From the NCBI GenBank assembly GCA_963677925.2, contig CAXXYH010000004.1, forward strand, positions 2,048,001-2,112,000: DNA of 64,000 nt, read 5' to 3'. The number at the start of each line of letters is the position of its first letter. The stretch's first letter is position 1. Positions 29,627 through 39,117 of the stretch are shown one piece after another. The translations under genes were made by a program, and so were the position numbers. The DNA comes from Spirochaetia bacterium. Lineage in GTDB: Bacteria > Spirochaetota > Spirochaetia > UBA9216. The notes beneath the pieces were generated by a model. The model saw only the letters and a list, made by a program, of their open reading frames with translations, made no database searches and had not been told where the DNA came from.

Positions 29627-30922
29627 TTAAACAGCCCGCAACACTGCTGCTGTGGAATGAAAACCTGCACCGTATCCATGGATTACTGCAGTTTCAGGCT
29701 TTTTCTTCATTTGCCGTTTTCCGCAATTACCTCTCATCTGATTGATTGCTTCAGCAATCTCAATTCCTGCAGCTCCTGCGATCGGATGTCCCATATTCAG
29801 TCTGCCGCCGGTTGTGTTTACCGGTTTATCGCCGTCATGAGCAATCCGGCCTTCCTTGACAGCAGCCAGGCCTTCACCCGGTTTAAAATAACCGGCGGTC
29901 TCTGTCACAGTCATATAGTGCTGAGCGCAGCAGTCATGAATTCCCATATAATCAATTTCATTGTACGGATCTGTAATTCCTGCCATGGCGTATGCCTGAT
30001 TAAATGCTTCAATCTCAAAACTCATAGGTGAACCGGTCTGATAATATCCTGCAGAAGTTGACATCCCATGACCTATCAGTTCTACCGGATTTTCAACCAG
30101 CTTTTTCGCTGTCTCTGTAGGGCAGACTATAAGAGCTGCCGCACCGTCAATTACAGAAGTCAGATGTGAAGCTCTCATGACTGCACCTATAAGAGGGTTA
30201 TACTCAGCATTATTTAAAAAATCATAAACATCAGATAAGCCTGCATTTTTGGCGTCTTCCTCAAAAGATGTACTGGACATCAGAGCCAGAGGATTATTAA
30301 CGGCATTATGTCTGCTGATGAGAGATATTTTATTCATTGCATCGTTGAGTTCTTTGAGACTATATCCGTATTTTTTACCGTAAGATATTAGTGCTCCTTC
30401 AAGGAATGCTACAATCTCGCCTCCCGGATACCAATAGGCATTATCGCAGCCGAGTGCGTTGGAATCAAAAAGTACATCTTCAAATTCACTTTTTTTTCTC
30501 ATAAAAGGTGGATTACCCCGGATGACATTGCTTCTGTTTATATCAACATTAGCGCTTAGAACAAACTCATGCTTTCCGGATGCAACTGTGACTGCAGCAT
30601 GATGTAAACCCGAAAGGGCAGTGCAGCAGGCTGTCTCATGCTTGAAGGCCGGGATTTCTGATAATCCTGCCCATCTTCCCATTGAGCCGGATTGTGAAAT
30701 TTGGGCTGAATGGGATTCGTCAAAGACCTGTCCGAGAAACATACAGTCAATATCCTTTGCTTCCAGTCCCGCATCTTCCAGGGCTTCGAGTGTTGCCCAT
30801 GCAAATAGTTCCCTTTCTGTTAAATCCTTCACCTCCGGAGTTTTCATAACATTCCCCATGGGAGTTACTCCTACACCGACAATTGAAACACTTCTGGCAA
30901 ATTGTCCAATTCGTGTTTTCAT
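29627..30922 (-). CDS. Thiolase family protein (SCP2/archaeal type)
   Basis: VSIVGVG, ETACCT (catalytic Cys position), DGAAALIV, IHDCC, VNTTGG..GHPIAG, QMRG..RQ. Confidence 0.88.
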   Translation of the reverse strand: MKTRIGQFARSVSIVGVGVTPMGNVMKTPEVKDLTERELFAWATLEALEDAGLEAKDIDCMFLGQVFDESHSAQISQSGSMGRWAGLSEIPAFKHETACCTALSGLHHAAVTVASGKHEFVLSANVDINRSNVIRGNPPFMRKKSEFEDVLFDSNALGCDNAYWYPGGEIVAFLEGALISYGKKYGYSLKELNDAMNKISLISRHNAVNNPLALMSSTSFEEDAKNAGLSDVYDFLNNAEYNPLIGAVMRASHLTSVIDGAAALIVCPTETAKKLVENPVELIGHGMSTSAGYYQTGSPMSFEIEAFNQAYAMAGITDPYNEIDYMGIHDCCAQHYMTVTETAGYFKPGEGLAAVKEGRIAHDGDKPVNTTGGRLNMGHPIAGAAGIEIAEAINQMRGNCGKRQMKKKPETAVIHGYGAGFHSTAAVLRAV

Positions 30923-30945
30923 TTTTTCCTCCTGAAAAATATAGT

Positions 30946-30975
30946 TTATACTGACTAACTAGTTAGTCAGTATAA
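30946..30975. promoter_or_regulatory. Putative TetR operator upstream of the thiolase operon
   Basis: Perfect 30-bp palindrome TTATACTGACTAACT|AGTTAGTCAGTATAA. Confidence 0.8.
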
Positions 30976-30988
30976 TTGCAAAAAAAAC

Positions 30989-31597
30989 TTATCTGAGAAA
31001 ATCCGTATATACTCTATTGAGAATATCTGAAAAACATTTATCAACTTCTGTTTTGTCGAAATCATGAGTCTTAATCCATTCACTTTCGAGGATTGAGAAG
31101 AATAGGGAAGGGATGAAAATGAAAAAGGCATCCGTGATATTACGTTTGATATCTGAATAATCCGTGCTGAATCCTCTCTGCTTAAGAAGGTTATTACGTC
31201 CGGAAATGTTTATTGAATCCCAGAAATCCAGAAGATTTTCAGTTTTCGAAGAAGTTTTAAAAGACTCGAAAATAAGAATTTTCAGAACTCTTGAATTGTT
31301 CATAAGAAATTCAATACCTCGCTGAATCTCATTCTCTTTCCAGTTTGAATTGCTCTCTGAATTTTCTACCGAGTAGACATTATTAAACATTTCGGACATT
31401 GAAGTTTTAAAATCAGCAAGGATTTCATCAAGGATTACCTGCTTGCTTTTAAAATTATAATAGATAAGCGCCTGGCTGATTTTAGCTTCCGAAGCAATTT
31501 CACTTACTCTTGTCCCGTCGAATCCTTTTTCCGAGAAAAGTTTTGTTGAGACTTCAAGGATCAGGTCTCTTGTACTTCCGTCATTTGTTGTTTTCAT
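30989..31597 (-). CDS. TetR/AcrR family transcriptional regulator
   Basis: ILEVSTKLFSEKGFDGTRVSEIASEAKISQALIYYNFKSK HTH. Confidence 0.93.
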   Translation of the reverse strand: MKTTNDGSTRDLILEVSTKLFSEKGFDGTRVSEIASEAKISQALIYYNFKSKQVILDEILADFKTSMSEMFNNVYSVENSESNSNWKENEIQRGIEFLMNNSRVLKILIFESFKTSSKTENLLDFWDSINISGRNNLLKQRGFSTDYSDIKRNITDAFFIFIPSLFFSILESEWIKTHDFDKTEVDKCFSDILNRVYTDFLR

Positions 31598-31612
31598 TTC
31601 TGCTCCGGTAAT

Positions 31613-31636
31613 ACCTGACTAAGTAGTTGGTCAGGT
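31613..31636. promoter_or_regulatory. Second TetR operator (autoregulation)
   Basis: ACCTGACTAAGT|AGTTGGTCAGGT shares the core CTGACTAAnTAGTTnGTCAG with the 30946 palindrome. It lies just downstream of a minus-strand TTGACA-16-TAGAAT promoter. Confidence 0.75.
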
Positions 31637-31694
31637 TGGTATTATTCTACAGCATTATTATCAGATGTCAAGGTAAAACATTATATAAAAATAT

Positions 31695-31720
31695 AAAAAA
31701 GGGGAGGCAAACGCCTCCCC
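31695..31720 (-). terminator. Rho-independent terminator
   Basis: GGGGAGGC-loop-GCCTCCCC with a U-tract on the minus strand, just after the 31732 stop. Confidence 0.8.
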
Positions 31721-31731
31721 CGGATTATCCT

Positions 31732-32868
31732 TTATTCAACCTTTAAAGCATCGTATTCAACCGGAGAGCCTCCAATCATAAATGTTCCGGAGTGGGTTGC
31801 CCGCTGGAAAGAGTCACAGGTCAGAGTTATGTCCTCAGCCCCTGCTTTAAAATAGAATGAATTGCCGTCATCAGAATTGACAAACCATTCTGCATACATA
31901 TCATCAATTTCCTGATCTGTCATATCATCAAGAATTCCGTATGTATCGTACCACATTCCGAAACTCCTGTTAAACAATGCACCTGTTCTTGATATCCCAC
32001 CCATATAAAGCTGTCCAACTATGGCATTGCCGTTCGCGTCTGTAAGAATCCTCATCATGTCTGTATAATATGGAGCATCCTTTGCTTTCAGATAATATTT
32101 TTCGTATACGGAAGTTTCGGCAATATAGGGAGTAACCCATTCAAGCTGTCCTGTTTCCCAGGAGCCGTTTACGTTCAGCAGCCCTGTTTCAAGCGGATAC
32201 CTGAGATCAATTGTTGAACCGTCTCCATTGAATACCAGTTCATCATGTCCTGCATGTTTCTGGCCTCCGGCGGCAAGAAGCAGGTAAATACCCTTTACAC
32301 CATCCTGAACTGCAGGATTTGATTCGTCAGCTGATTCGACAGGAATTTCCGTTCCAACAACAGTGAAAACTCCTTCTTCAGCATCCAGTGTTGCTCCATC
32401 CGCAGTCATTGTGCCGTCTGCCCTGGTTCTGTAGACTGTACCATTGTGGTTTACATAGCCTTTTGCACTGACCGAGGACCCTATGCCTATGTATATTTTA
32501 TCAATAGCATTTCCCAGGGGATTTTCAATTATAAGCGGCAGTTTATCTGAAAGGCTTTCAACTGCAAGATCTACTTTGGTTCCTGAGCCTTCAGTAACAT
32601 TGTACAGGGTATGCCTGTCATAGCTCATTCCCGGAACAGCCTCCGTATCAAAGAGTGCAATGTAGACATACAGAATTTCAATCTCATACTTTTCAAAGTT
32701 TGAGATTACGGTTTCTGTTGCAGTCATGGATCTGACCAGTCTTGCTGATGCTGTCTGTTCGGCGCTCATATCTACTTCATATGTATCAAAGTAGTAGGGG
32801 TTAAAAAAGCATCCCGTGAATAAAGTGACCAGACCTGCCGTAAGCAGAACCGCCGTGATTTTTTTCAT
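31732..32868 (-). CDS. Hypothetical lipoprotein
   Basis: Lipobox TLFTGC; AGGAG RBS; no recognisable catalytic motif. Confidence 0.7.
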   Translation of the reverse strand: MKKITAVLLTAGLVTLFTGCFFNPYYFDTYEVDMSAEQTASARLVRSMTATETVISNFEKYEIEILYVYIALFDTEAVPGMSYDRHTLYNVTEGSGTKVDLAVESLSDKLPLIIENPLGNAIDKIYIGIGSSVSAKGYVNHNGTVYRTRADGTMTADGATLDAEEGVFTVVGTEIPVESADESNPAVQDGVKGIYLLLAAGGQKHAGHDELVFNGDGSTIDLRYPLETGLLNVNGSWETGQLEWVTPYIAETSVYEKYYLKAKDAPYYTDMMRILTDANGNAIVGQLYMGGISRTGALFNRSFGMWYDTYGILDDMTDQEIDDMYAEWFVNSDDGNSFYFKAGAEDITLTCDSFQRATHSGTFMIGGSPVEYDALKVE

Positions 32869-33023
32869 AGTTTTCTCCTGATAATTTATATTGTTATTAA
32901 ATTCTCGTTTTTCTTATTTAAAAAATCAAATACTTAAATTCTTATATATGAATAAATAACTTTATGATTATCTTAATATTTACCCTATATACATTTCCCT
33001 GATAAATCAGTACATTCACACTG

Positions 33024-34850
33024 ATGAAACATTTAGAGAATAATAACAATATACGCAACATCGCAATTATTGCTCACGTAGACCACGGTAAAACTACTCT
33101 TGTGGATGCGATGTTCAGGCAGAGCGGAACATTTCGCGAAAATCAGGAAACTGCCGACCGACTGATGGACAGAATGGACCTCGAACGTGAACGGGGAATT
33201 ACTATAGCTGCTAAGAACTGCTCAATACACTGGCATGATGTAAAGATAAACATTCTTGATACACCAGGCCACGCCGACTTCGGAGGTGAGGTTGAGCGCG
33301 CAATGTCAATGGTTGACGGAGTAATACTGCTCGTTGATGCCTCCGAGGGCCCGCTTCCGCAAACCCGCTTTGTATTAAGCAAGGCTCTCGCTGCCGGACT
33401 CCGGATTATCGTTGTAATAAACAAGGTTGACAGAGCTGACGCCCGCTGTGCGGAAGTTCTTGATGAAATCTATGAGCTGTTTATCGACCTCGATGCCGAT
33501 GAAGCCCAGCTTGATTTTCCCCTTTATTATGCAAACGGAAAAGCCGGCACTGCCGGTGTCGCTCCTGATAAACAGGATGAAAATCTTCACAGGCTTCTTG
33601 AGGCAATAGTTAATGAGCTTCCGGGCCCGGCCTATGAACCGGATGCTCCTTTCCAGATGCTTGTATCTGATCTCAGCTACAGCGATTACCTTGGAAGACT
33701 TGCTGTCGGTAAGGTTGTAAACGGATCGGTGCACTCCAAGGATTCACTGGTATGTATTGGTATGGAGGGAAAACCAAAGGCTCTTAATGTAACAAAGCTG
33801 CAGGTTTATGAAGGACCGGGGCTTGGCGAGGCTGATTCAGTCGAACCCGGTGAAATTGTTGTCCTCTCGGGAATTGAAGATGTCCACATCGGTGATACGA
33901 TCTGTACTAAAGAAAACCCGAAAGCCTTAAAACGCATAACTGTAGATGAACCTACCGTATCCATGCTTTTTACCGCCAACAATTCCCCGCTTAAGGGCAA
34001 GGAAGGTAAGCATGTACAGAGTAATAAAATTCATGAACGGCTTATCAAAGAAACTTTGAGTAATGTATCGATGAAGGTTGAACAGCTTGAAGGAGGCGAG
34101 GGTTTTCTTGTAAAAGGCCGCGGCGAATTTCAGATGGTAATCCTTATTGAGACTATGAGAAGGGAAGGATTTGAGCTCTGTGTAGGACGTCCGACGGTTA
34201 TCTTTCACTATGAGGATGGCAAAAAGATCGAGCCAATCGAACACCTCTTTGTTGACTGTGAAGAAACCTATACCGGTATTGTTACCGAGAAGCTTTCCCA
34301 GCGCAAGGGCCGCATGACAAACTTTATAAACCACAATAACGGCAGGGCAAGACTGGAATTCTCGGTTCCATCAAGGGCTCTGATCGGCTACCGCGATGAA
34401 TTTTTGACCGATACCCGCGGTACCGGAATAATGAGCTCATACATCAGCGGCTATGAAGAATACCGCGGTGATTTCCCTGAACGCCACACCGGTTCACTTG
34501 TTGCCGACAGAAGCGGAGACTGTGTTCCATATGCACTTTTCAACCTCGAGCCGCGCGGCAATCTCTTTGTTCAGCCGGGCGACAAATCATATGAGGGAAT
34601 GATTATCGGTGAGCATAACAGGGACAACGATCTGGACGTTAACCCTGTTAAAACAAAGAAGCTTTCAAATATGAGGGCTTCCGGAAAGGATGAGGCTGTA
34701 ATACTTACACCGATTATTCCTCTCACAATTGAAAGGGCTATTCAGTACATCAAGGAAGATGAGATGGTTGAAATTACTCCGCTCTCAATCCGCCTTAGAA
34801 AACGAATCCTTTCAGCTCAGGACAGAAAGGTCGACAGAAAGAATAAGTAG
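33024..34850 (+). CDS. typA: Translational GTPase TypA/BipA
   Basis: IRNIAIIAHVDHGKTTLVD, ERERGITI, DTPGHADFGGEVER, NKVD, KKLSNMRASGKD. Confidence 0.97.
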   Translation: MKHLENNNNIRNIAIIAHVDHGKTTLVDAMFRQSGTFRENQETADRLMDRMDLERERGITIAAKNCSIHWHDVKINILDTPGHADFGGEVERAMSMVDGVILLVDASEGPLPQTRFVLSKALAAGLRIIVVINKVDRADARCAEVLDEIYELFIDLDADEAQLDFPLYYANGKAGTAGVAPDKQDENLHRLLEAIVNELPGPAYEPDAPFQMLVSDLSYSDYLGRLAVGKVVNGSVHSKDSLVCIGMEGKPKALNVTKLQVYEGPGLGEADSVEPGEIVVLSGIEDVHIGDTICTKENPKALKRITVDEPTVSMLFTANNSPLKGKEGKHVQSNKIHERLIKETLSNVSMKVEQLEGGEGFLVKGRGEFQMVILIETMRREGFELCVGRPTVIFHYEDGKKIEPIEHLFVDCEETYTGIVTEKLSQRKGRMTNFINHNNGRARLEFSVPSRALIGYRDEFLTDTRGTGIMSSYISGYEEYRGDFPERHTGSLVADRSGDCVPYALFNLEPRGNLFVQPGDKSYEGMIIGEHNRDNDLDVNPVKTKKLSNMRASGKDEAVILTPIIPLTIERAIQYIKEDEMVEITPLSIRLRKRILSAQDRKVDRKNK

Positions 34851-34886
34851 AAAACCGTGTTCAAAACGGATATTTCAAATATTTTT

Positions 34887-34920
34887 AAAAAAAGCAGCTG
34901 AATTATCAGCTGCTTTTTTT
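34887..34920 (+). terminator. Rho-independent terminator after typA
   Basis: A7-GCAGCTGA-ATTA-TCAGCTGC-T7. Confidence 0.85.
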
Positions 34921-35036
34921 ATGCACTGAAATTCTATTCTGTTTATGTCAACACAGATATTAAAATAATAGAATTTTAATCAGAAATTAACTGTAAAATT
35001 AAAATCCCGATCACTATAATTAAATGACATAGTAGA

Positions 35037-35498
35037 ATGAGTACTTTAAAACGTCTGAAGATGGCACTTAAAACTTATATCAGCTCTTTTAGGCGGGTCT
35101 TAAAAAAAAGACCGCATTCGGGCCTCTCATTGCATTCTGAGGTTCTAAATGAGTATAAAAAATCTGAATCTGAAAGAATCAGGCTGCTTTCAAAGCAAAG
35201 GGCTATGGAAAGCCGTCTGCTTGAACTTCAGGAGCGGTTAGAGGAATGGCAAAAAATAAAAGATGCTGCAGAGCTCTCCGGAAATAAATCACTTTCGCAA
35301 AGCAGTATTCAGAAGCTCAAAATTCACAGTCTGGAACTGAATGAATGCAGGCTGTCGATTGATGAAAATCTTAATCTGATTGATGAAGCCGACAGCCGCC
35401 TATCTGATTTGAAAAATGAACTTCAGAATATTCATGGCAGCCGCTTTTCAGATGCTGAAATTTTATTTGACAGGAAATTACAGGAAGAAGACCGATAA
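35037..35498 (+). CDS. Short PspA/IM30-like coiled-coil protein
   Basis: Amphipathic basic N-terminus MSTLKRLKMALKTYI; EEWQKIKDAAELSGNKSLSQSSIQK matches the PspA hairpin tip (W..A..A...G.E.LA..AL). Confidence 0.55.
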   Translation: MSTLKRLKMALKTYISSFRRVLKKRPHSGLSLHSEVLNEYKKSESERIRLLSKQRAMESRLLELQERLEEWQKIKDAAELSGNKSLSQSSIQKLKIHSLELNECRLSIDENLNLIDEADSRLSDLKNELQNIHGSRFSDAEILFDRKLQEEDR

Positions 35499-35539
35499 TC
35501 TTAACTGTTATTAATTATGAAATATAAGGAGAAAAACTA

Positions 35540-36730
35540 ATGGGTGTATGGGATGCCATTAAAAAAGAAATCTTTATAGACATCATTGAATGGATCGAAA
35601 ATGATGACTCCACTCTTGCCTTCAGGTATGACAGAAAAGGAAATGATATCAGAAACGGTGCCTCTCTTACTGTACGTGAGGGGCAGACCGCTGTTTTTAT
35701 TAATGAAGGTCAGCTTGCAGATATATTTACTCCCGGTATGTATGAACTCACTACTGAGAACCTTCCCGTACTTTCCAGACTGAAAGGCTGGAAATACGGC
35801 TTCAAATCACCGTTCAAGGCTGAGGTTTATTTCATTTCAACCAGGATTGTGACCGGCTTTCACTGGGGAACACCGGCGCCTTTTATGATCCGTGATCCTG
35901 AGTTCGGCGTATTAAAATTGCGGGCAAGGGGCCATTTCTCAATTCATGTGGTTGATGCCGGCAAATTTATAAAGAATGTCGTTGGTACTGACGGAGAATT
36001 TACAAGAGATGAAATCAAGGATCGGTTGCGGAAGAAATTTATTACAGAAGCCCAGTCCGCTATTGCAGAGCTTCGCAAACCATTTTACGAAATGGCTGCA
36101 CAGCTGGATGATCTTTCCTTTTCAATTAAAGACCGGATAAATCTGGTTTTCATAGAGCAGTACGGGCTTAGTCTTGATGATACCTCCGTTCAGAGCATTG
36201 AACTTGATGAAGCCAGCATGGCCAAGGTTGAGCAGCGTGATGAGATGTTTTTTACTGACAGCCGTATCGGTAATTATGAACGTCAGGCCAGGGCTGATGC
36301 TATGAAGATACTTGCCGGAAACCCGGGGGCAGGCGGGCTTGCCGCCGGCGGAATGGGGCTCGGTATGGGACTCGCGGCGGCAAATCAGTTTGCAGGCGGC
36401 GGAAACTATGGAATGAATCCGGCAATGGGTATGGGGAACCCTGCTATGATGGGAATGGCTGCAGGTGCAGGAGCCGCTATGGGACAGCAGGCTGCACCGC
36501 CGCCTCCGCCGATGCCTGCTTCTTTTTATATAGCAGTTAACGGCGCTCAGCAGGGACCTTTCTCGTTACAGCAGCTTTCAGGTCTTGCAGGTCAGGGACA
36601 GTTTTCGGCAGAGACCATGGTCTGGAAGCAGGGGATGGCTTCCTGGAGCCCTGCCTCATCGGTTCCCGAATTAAGCGGACTTTTTCAAAGCGGTCCCTCG
36701 AATGTTCCGCCGCCTCCTCCGGCAGGCTGA
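35540..36730 (+). CDS. SPFH domain protein (YdjI type) with C-terminal GYF_2 domain
   Basis: IDIIEW, GASLTVREGQTAVF, PGMYELTTENLPVLS, SPFKAEVYF, WGTPAP, RDPEFG; GMGLGMG; FYIAVNGAQQGPF..TMVWKQGMASW (GYF_2); poly-Pro tracts. Confidence 0.88.
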   Translation: MGVWDAIKKEIFIDIIEWIENDDSTLAFRYDRKGNDIRNGASLTVREGQTAVFINEGQLADIFTPGMYELTTENLPVLSRLKGWKYGFKSPFKAEVYFISTRIVTGFHWGTPAPFMIRDPEFGVLKLRARGHFSIHVVDAGKFIKNVVGTDGEFTRDEIKDRLRKKFITEAQSAIAELRKPFYEMAAQLDDLSFSIKDRINLVFIEQYGLSLDDTSVQSIELDEASMAKVEQRDEMFFTDSRIGNYERQARADAMKILAGNPGAGGLAAGGMGLGMGLAAANQFAGGGNYGMNPAMGMGNPAMMGMAAGAGAAMGQQAAPPPPPMPASFYIAVNGAQQGPFSLQQLSGLAGQGQFSAETMVWKQGMASWSPASSVPELSGLFQSGPSNVPPPPPAG

Positions 36731-36790
36731 GTCTGCCGGATGGTATAAATGGGGCTGCTGGCAAAATGTATGGATATAAGGAGAAAACTA

Positions 36791-37609
36791 ATGGCTGAAG
36801 AAGCTATCGGAATGACTGAACCCGAGGCTGGACTCATTCTTACGGCTGTAATATCACTTGCAGATGATAATCCGTCGGATGAAGAAGTCATTGTCCTCAG
36901 AAAGTTTTATAAATCTGAAACTGTTGATTCACTGGAGAAGAAAATAAATGAAGCAGGGCTGAAATACCCTGAGAATCTTATGGAATTGGAAATAGAAGCA
37001 TTGAATGTTCTTGCTGATGCTGAATCTGCGTTTATTAAACGTACGCTGGCTGTCTGCCTCAGAGTGGCCGAAGCTGACGGAACAGTGGATCAGGATGAGT
37101 TTAATCTTCTGAACAAATATTGTGATCGTTTTGATTTAACGGTTTATGAACTTGAACAGTACTCAAAAAAGAAACTGAAGGAGCTTGATGAAACCCGCGG
37201 ATATACGGATACAGAAGACCTTTCCGAATCGGAAATTCCCCTGAATATAGAGCTGTCGCAGGGTGAAGCCGGTATTGCGCTTGCTACCTGGCTGGCCTTT
37301 TCAGATGATAATCCGAGTGATGAGGAGATGTCTGTGATTCGGGAATATTTTACTGAGACTGATGTTGAAGGGCTTGTGAATAAAATTGAGAGCTTCAATG
37401 CAGTTTTTCCGGATGCGGTTCCGCGCCTGGAAGAATCCGTGAAAAAGGCATTTAAAAAGCTGTCCCGAGATGAACAGCTTAAAATGCTTTCTATTGCCTA
37501 CCGTACCGCTTACGCGGACGGTGTGTTAGCTCCGGAGGAACACCAAATTTTATCAGGATTCTGTGAGGAATTTGTTATAGGTGAGGGTGAGCTTCGAAAC
37601 TATTTTTAA
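36791..37609 (+). CDS. Tandem TerB-domain protein
   Basis: Two copies of DDNPSDEE and of A.ADG....E (VAEADGTVDQDE, TAYADGVLAPEE). Start placed at ATG 36791 after AAGGAG. Confidence 0.8.
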   Translation: MAEEAIGMTEPEAGLILTAVISLADDNPSDEEVIVLRKFYKSETVDSLEKKINEAGLKYPENLMELEIEALNVLADAESAFIKRTLAVCLRVAEADGTVDQDEFNLLNKYCDRFDLTVYELEQYSKKKLKELDETRGYTDTEDLSESEIPLNIELSQGEAGIALATWLAFSDDNPSDEEMSVIREYFTETDVEGLVNKIESFNAVFPDAVPRLEESVKKAFKKLSRDEQLKMLSIAYRTAYADGVLAPEEHQILSGFCEEFVIGEGELRNYF

Positions 37610-37630
37610 CTAATTAATCAGGAGAAAAAA

Positions 37631-38626
37631 TTGGCAATTCGTGAAGGAAAATGGAAATGTGAATTCTGCAGTGCGGAAAATCTGGGGCGGGACATGAAAT
37701 GCAGCTCCTGCGGTGCCGTGCGCGGCGAGAATGTTGAATTCTATCTCGATGATGAGGCTGCTGAAGTAACTGATGAAAATCTTGTTAATATGGCTGAGGC
37801 AGGAGCCGACTGGCACTGTGACTACTGCGGTACTGATAACCGTGCCGGAGTCAACAGCTGCCGGCAATGCGGAGCACCCAGAGAGGGAATGAAATCCCGT
37901 GAAGAGTCGGTTACAGGCGGGGGAAACCATCCTGCACAGCAGAACAGCAGATCGGATTCCTCCAGAGGTACATCAGATGGTCCAGTGAAGAAAAAAGCGC
38001 CGGTCGCAGTCATAGCGGCAGTTATCCTTGTTCTTATCATTGGAATAGCCGCATTTTTTATTTTTGGCGGACGGGAAGACGTCCTGGTTCTCGACGGCGG
38101 TGAATGGACACGAACCATAGGTGTTGAGAGACAGGAATGGGTTGAGTATACAGCATGGCAGGATGATGTTCCTTCTGGTGCTAGTGTTATGGAAAGATGG
38201 CGTGAACAGCGCGGAACTGAAAAGGTTCAGATAGGCACAGAGAAAGTTAAAGTCGGAACCAAGGATAAGGGAAACGGTTTTTTTGAAGATGTCTATGAAG
38301 AAAAGCCTGTATACAGGGAAGATCCCGTATATGATATTAAAGTACGGTATGAAGTTATAGAATGGAAGCAGTACCGTTCCGTGGAAGCCTCCGGAAGTTT
38401 AAGTGAAAAAGCTCAATGGCCCGATCCGGAACTTACATACAGTGACAGGGAGGGTCACAGGTATGAGCAGGCAGTTCTGTATTTTCACAGCACCGATTCT
38501 GAACAGGAAGGTAAAGTTTTTACCTATGATAAGCTGACCGCCGATGAAATGTCAGAATTTGCTGCAGGCGGGGAGTATCATGCCGAGGTTTTCGGAACAA
38601 CAGTGCGAAAATTTATTGAAGAATAG
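37631..38626 (+). CDS. Membrane protein with two RanBP2-type zinc fingers
   Basis: WKCEFCSAEN-x6-CSSC and WHCDYCGTDN-x6-CRQC; one TM helix (VAVIAAVILVLIIGIAAFFIF); extracytoplasmic C-terminal domain; TTG start after AGGAG. Confidence 0.8.
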   Translation: MAIREGKWKCEFCSAENLGRDMKCSSCGAVRGENVEFYLDDEAAEVTDENLVNMAEAGADWHCDYCGTDNRAGVNSCRQCGAPREGMKSREESVTGGGNHPAQQNSRSDSSRGTSDGPVKKKAPVAVIAAVILVLIIGIAAFFIFGGREDVLVLDGGEWTRTIGVERQEWVEYTAWQDDVPSGASVMERWREQRGTEKVQIGTEKVKVGTKDKGNGFFEDVYEEKPVYREDPVYDIKVRYEVIEWKQYRSVEASGSLSEKAQWPDPELTYSDREGHRYEQAVLYFHSTDSEQEGKVFTYDKLTADEMSEFAAGGEYHAEVFGTTVRKFIEE

Positions 38627-38646
38627 AATTCAGCCGGTCCGGGATG

Positions 38647-38676
38647 AAAAAAAGGGAGCAGCTGTTAAGCTGCCCC
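38647..38676 (-). terminator. Terminator between convergent genes
   Basis: A7-GGGAGCAGCT-GTTA-AGCTGCCCC. Confidence 0.65.
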
Positions 38677-38700
38677 CGTCAAACGCAAATATCTGAATAA

Positions 38701-38973
38701 CTAGAATCTTGGTCCCGGTCTTCTTTCGCGTTCTCTAGCCTCATTAACTCTGAGATTTCTGCCTTTGAAATCCTGGTCATTAAGCATAGAAACAGCAGCA
38801 GTTGCTGCGTCGTCATCGCTCATTTCTACGAAACCGAAACCACGGGGTCTGTTTGTTTCTCTGTCCATGATAAGTTTTACGGATGATACATCACCGTACT
38901 GTGCGAAGAGTTCCTGAAGATCCTCTTCCGTTGTTGTGTAATTGAGATTACCAACATAGATTGTCTTTGCCAT
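38701..38973 (-). CDS. RRM-domain RNA-binding protein
   Basis: RNP2 IYVGNL, RNP1 RGFGFVEM, GRNLRVNEAR. Confidence 0.95.
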   Translation of the reverse strand: MAKTIYVGNLNYTTTEEDLQELFAQYGDVSSVKLIMDRETNRPRGFGFVEMSDDDAATAAVSMLNDQDFKGRNLRVNEARERERRPGPRF

Positions 38974-39117
38974 TTAAATCCTCTGAAATTTTTTTAATCA
39001 CATTCCGTTTAATTTAGATTTTGTTACTTGAAATAAATTGAAAGATTAGATGTCAGGTCTGAAAACAATATAAGACAAGAAAAATAATAAATAATACAGA
39101 ACAGATTTTACTTTAAC

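Noticed and set aside
36330-36515. Repetitive GC-rich stretch
   Set aside because: It encodes the Gly/Met/Pro low-complexity linker of the SPFH protein; it is not a DNA repeat element.
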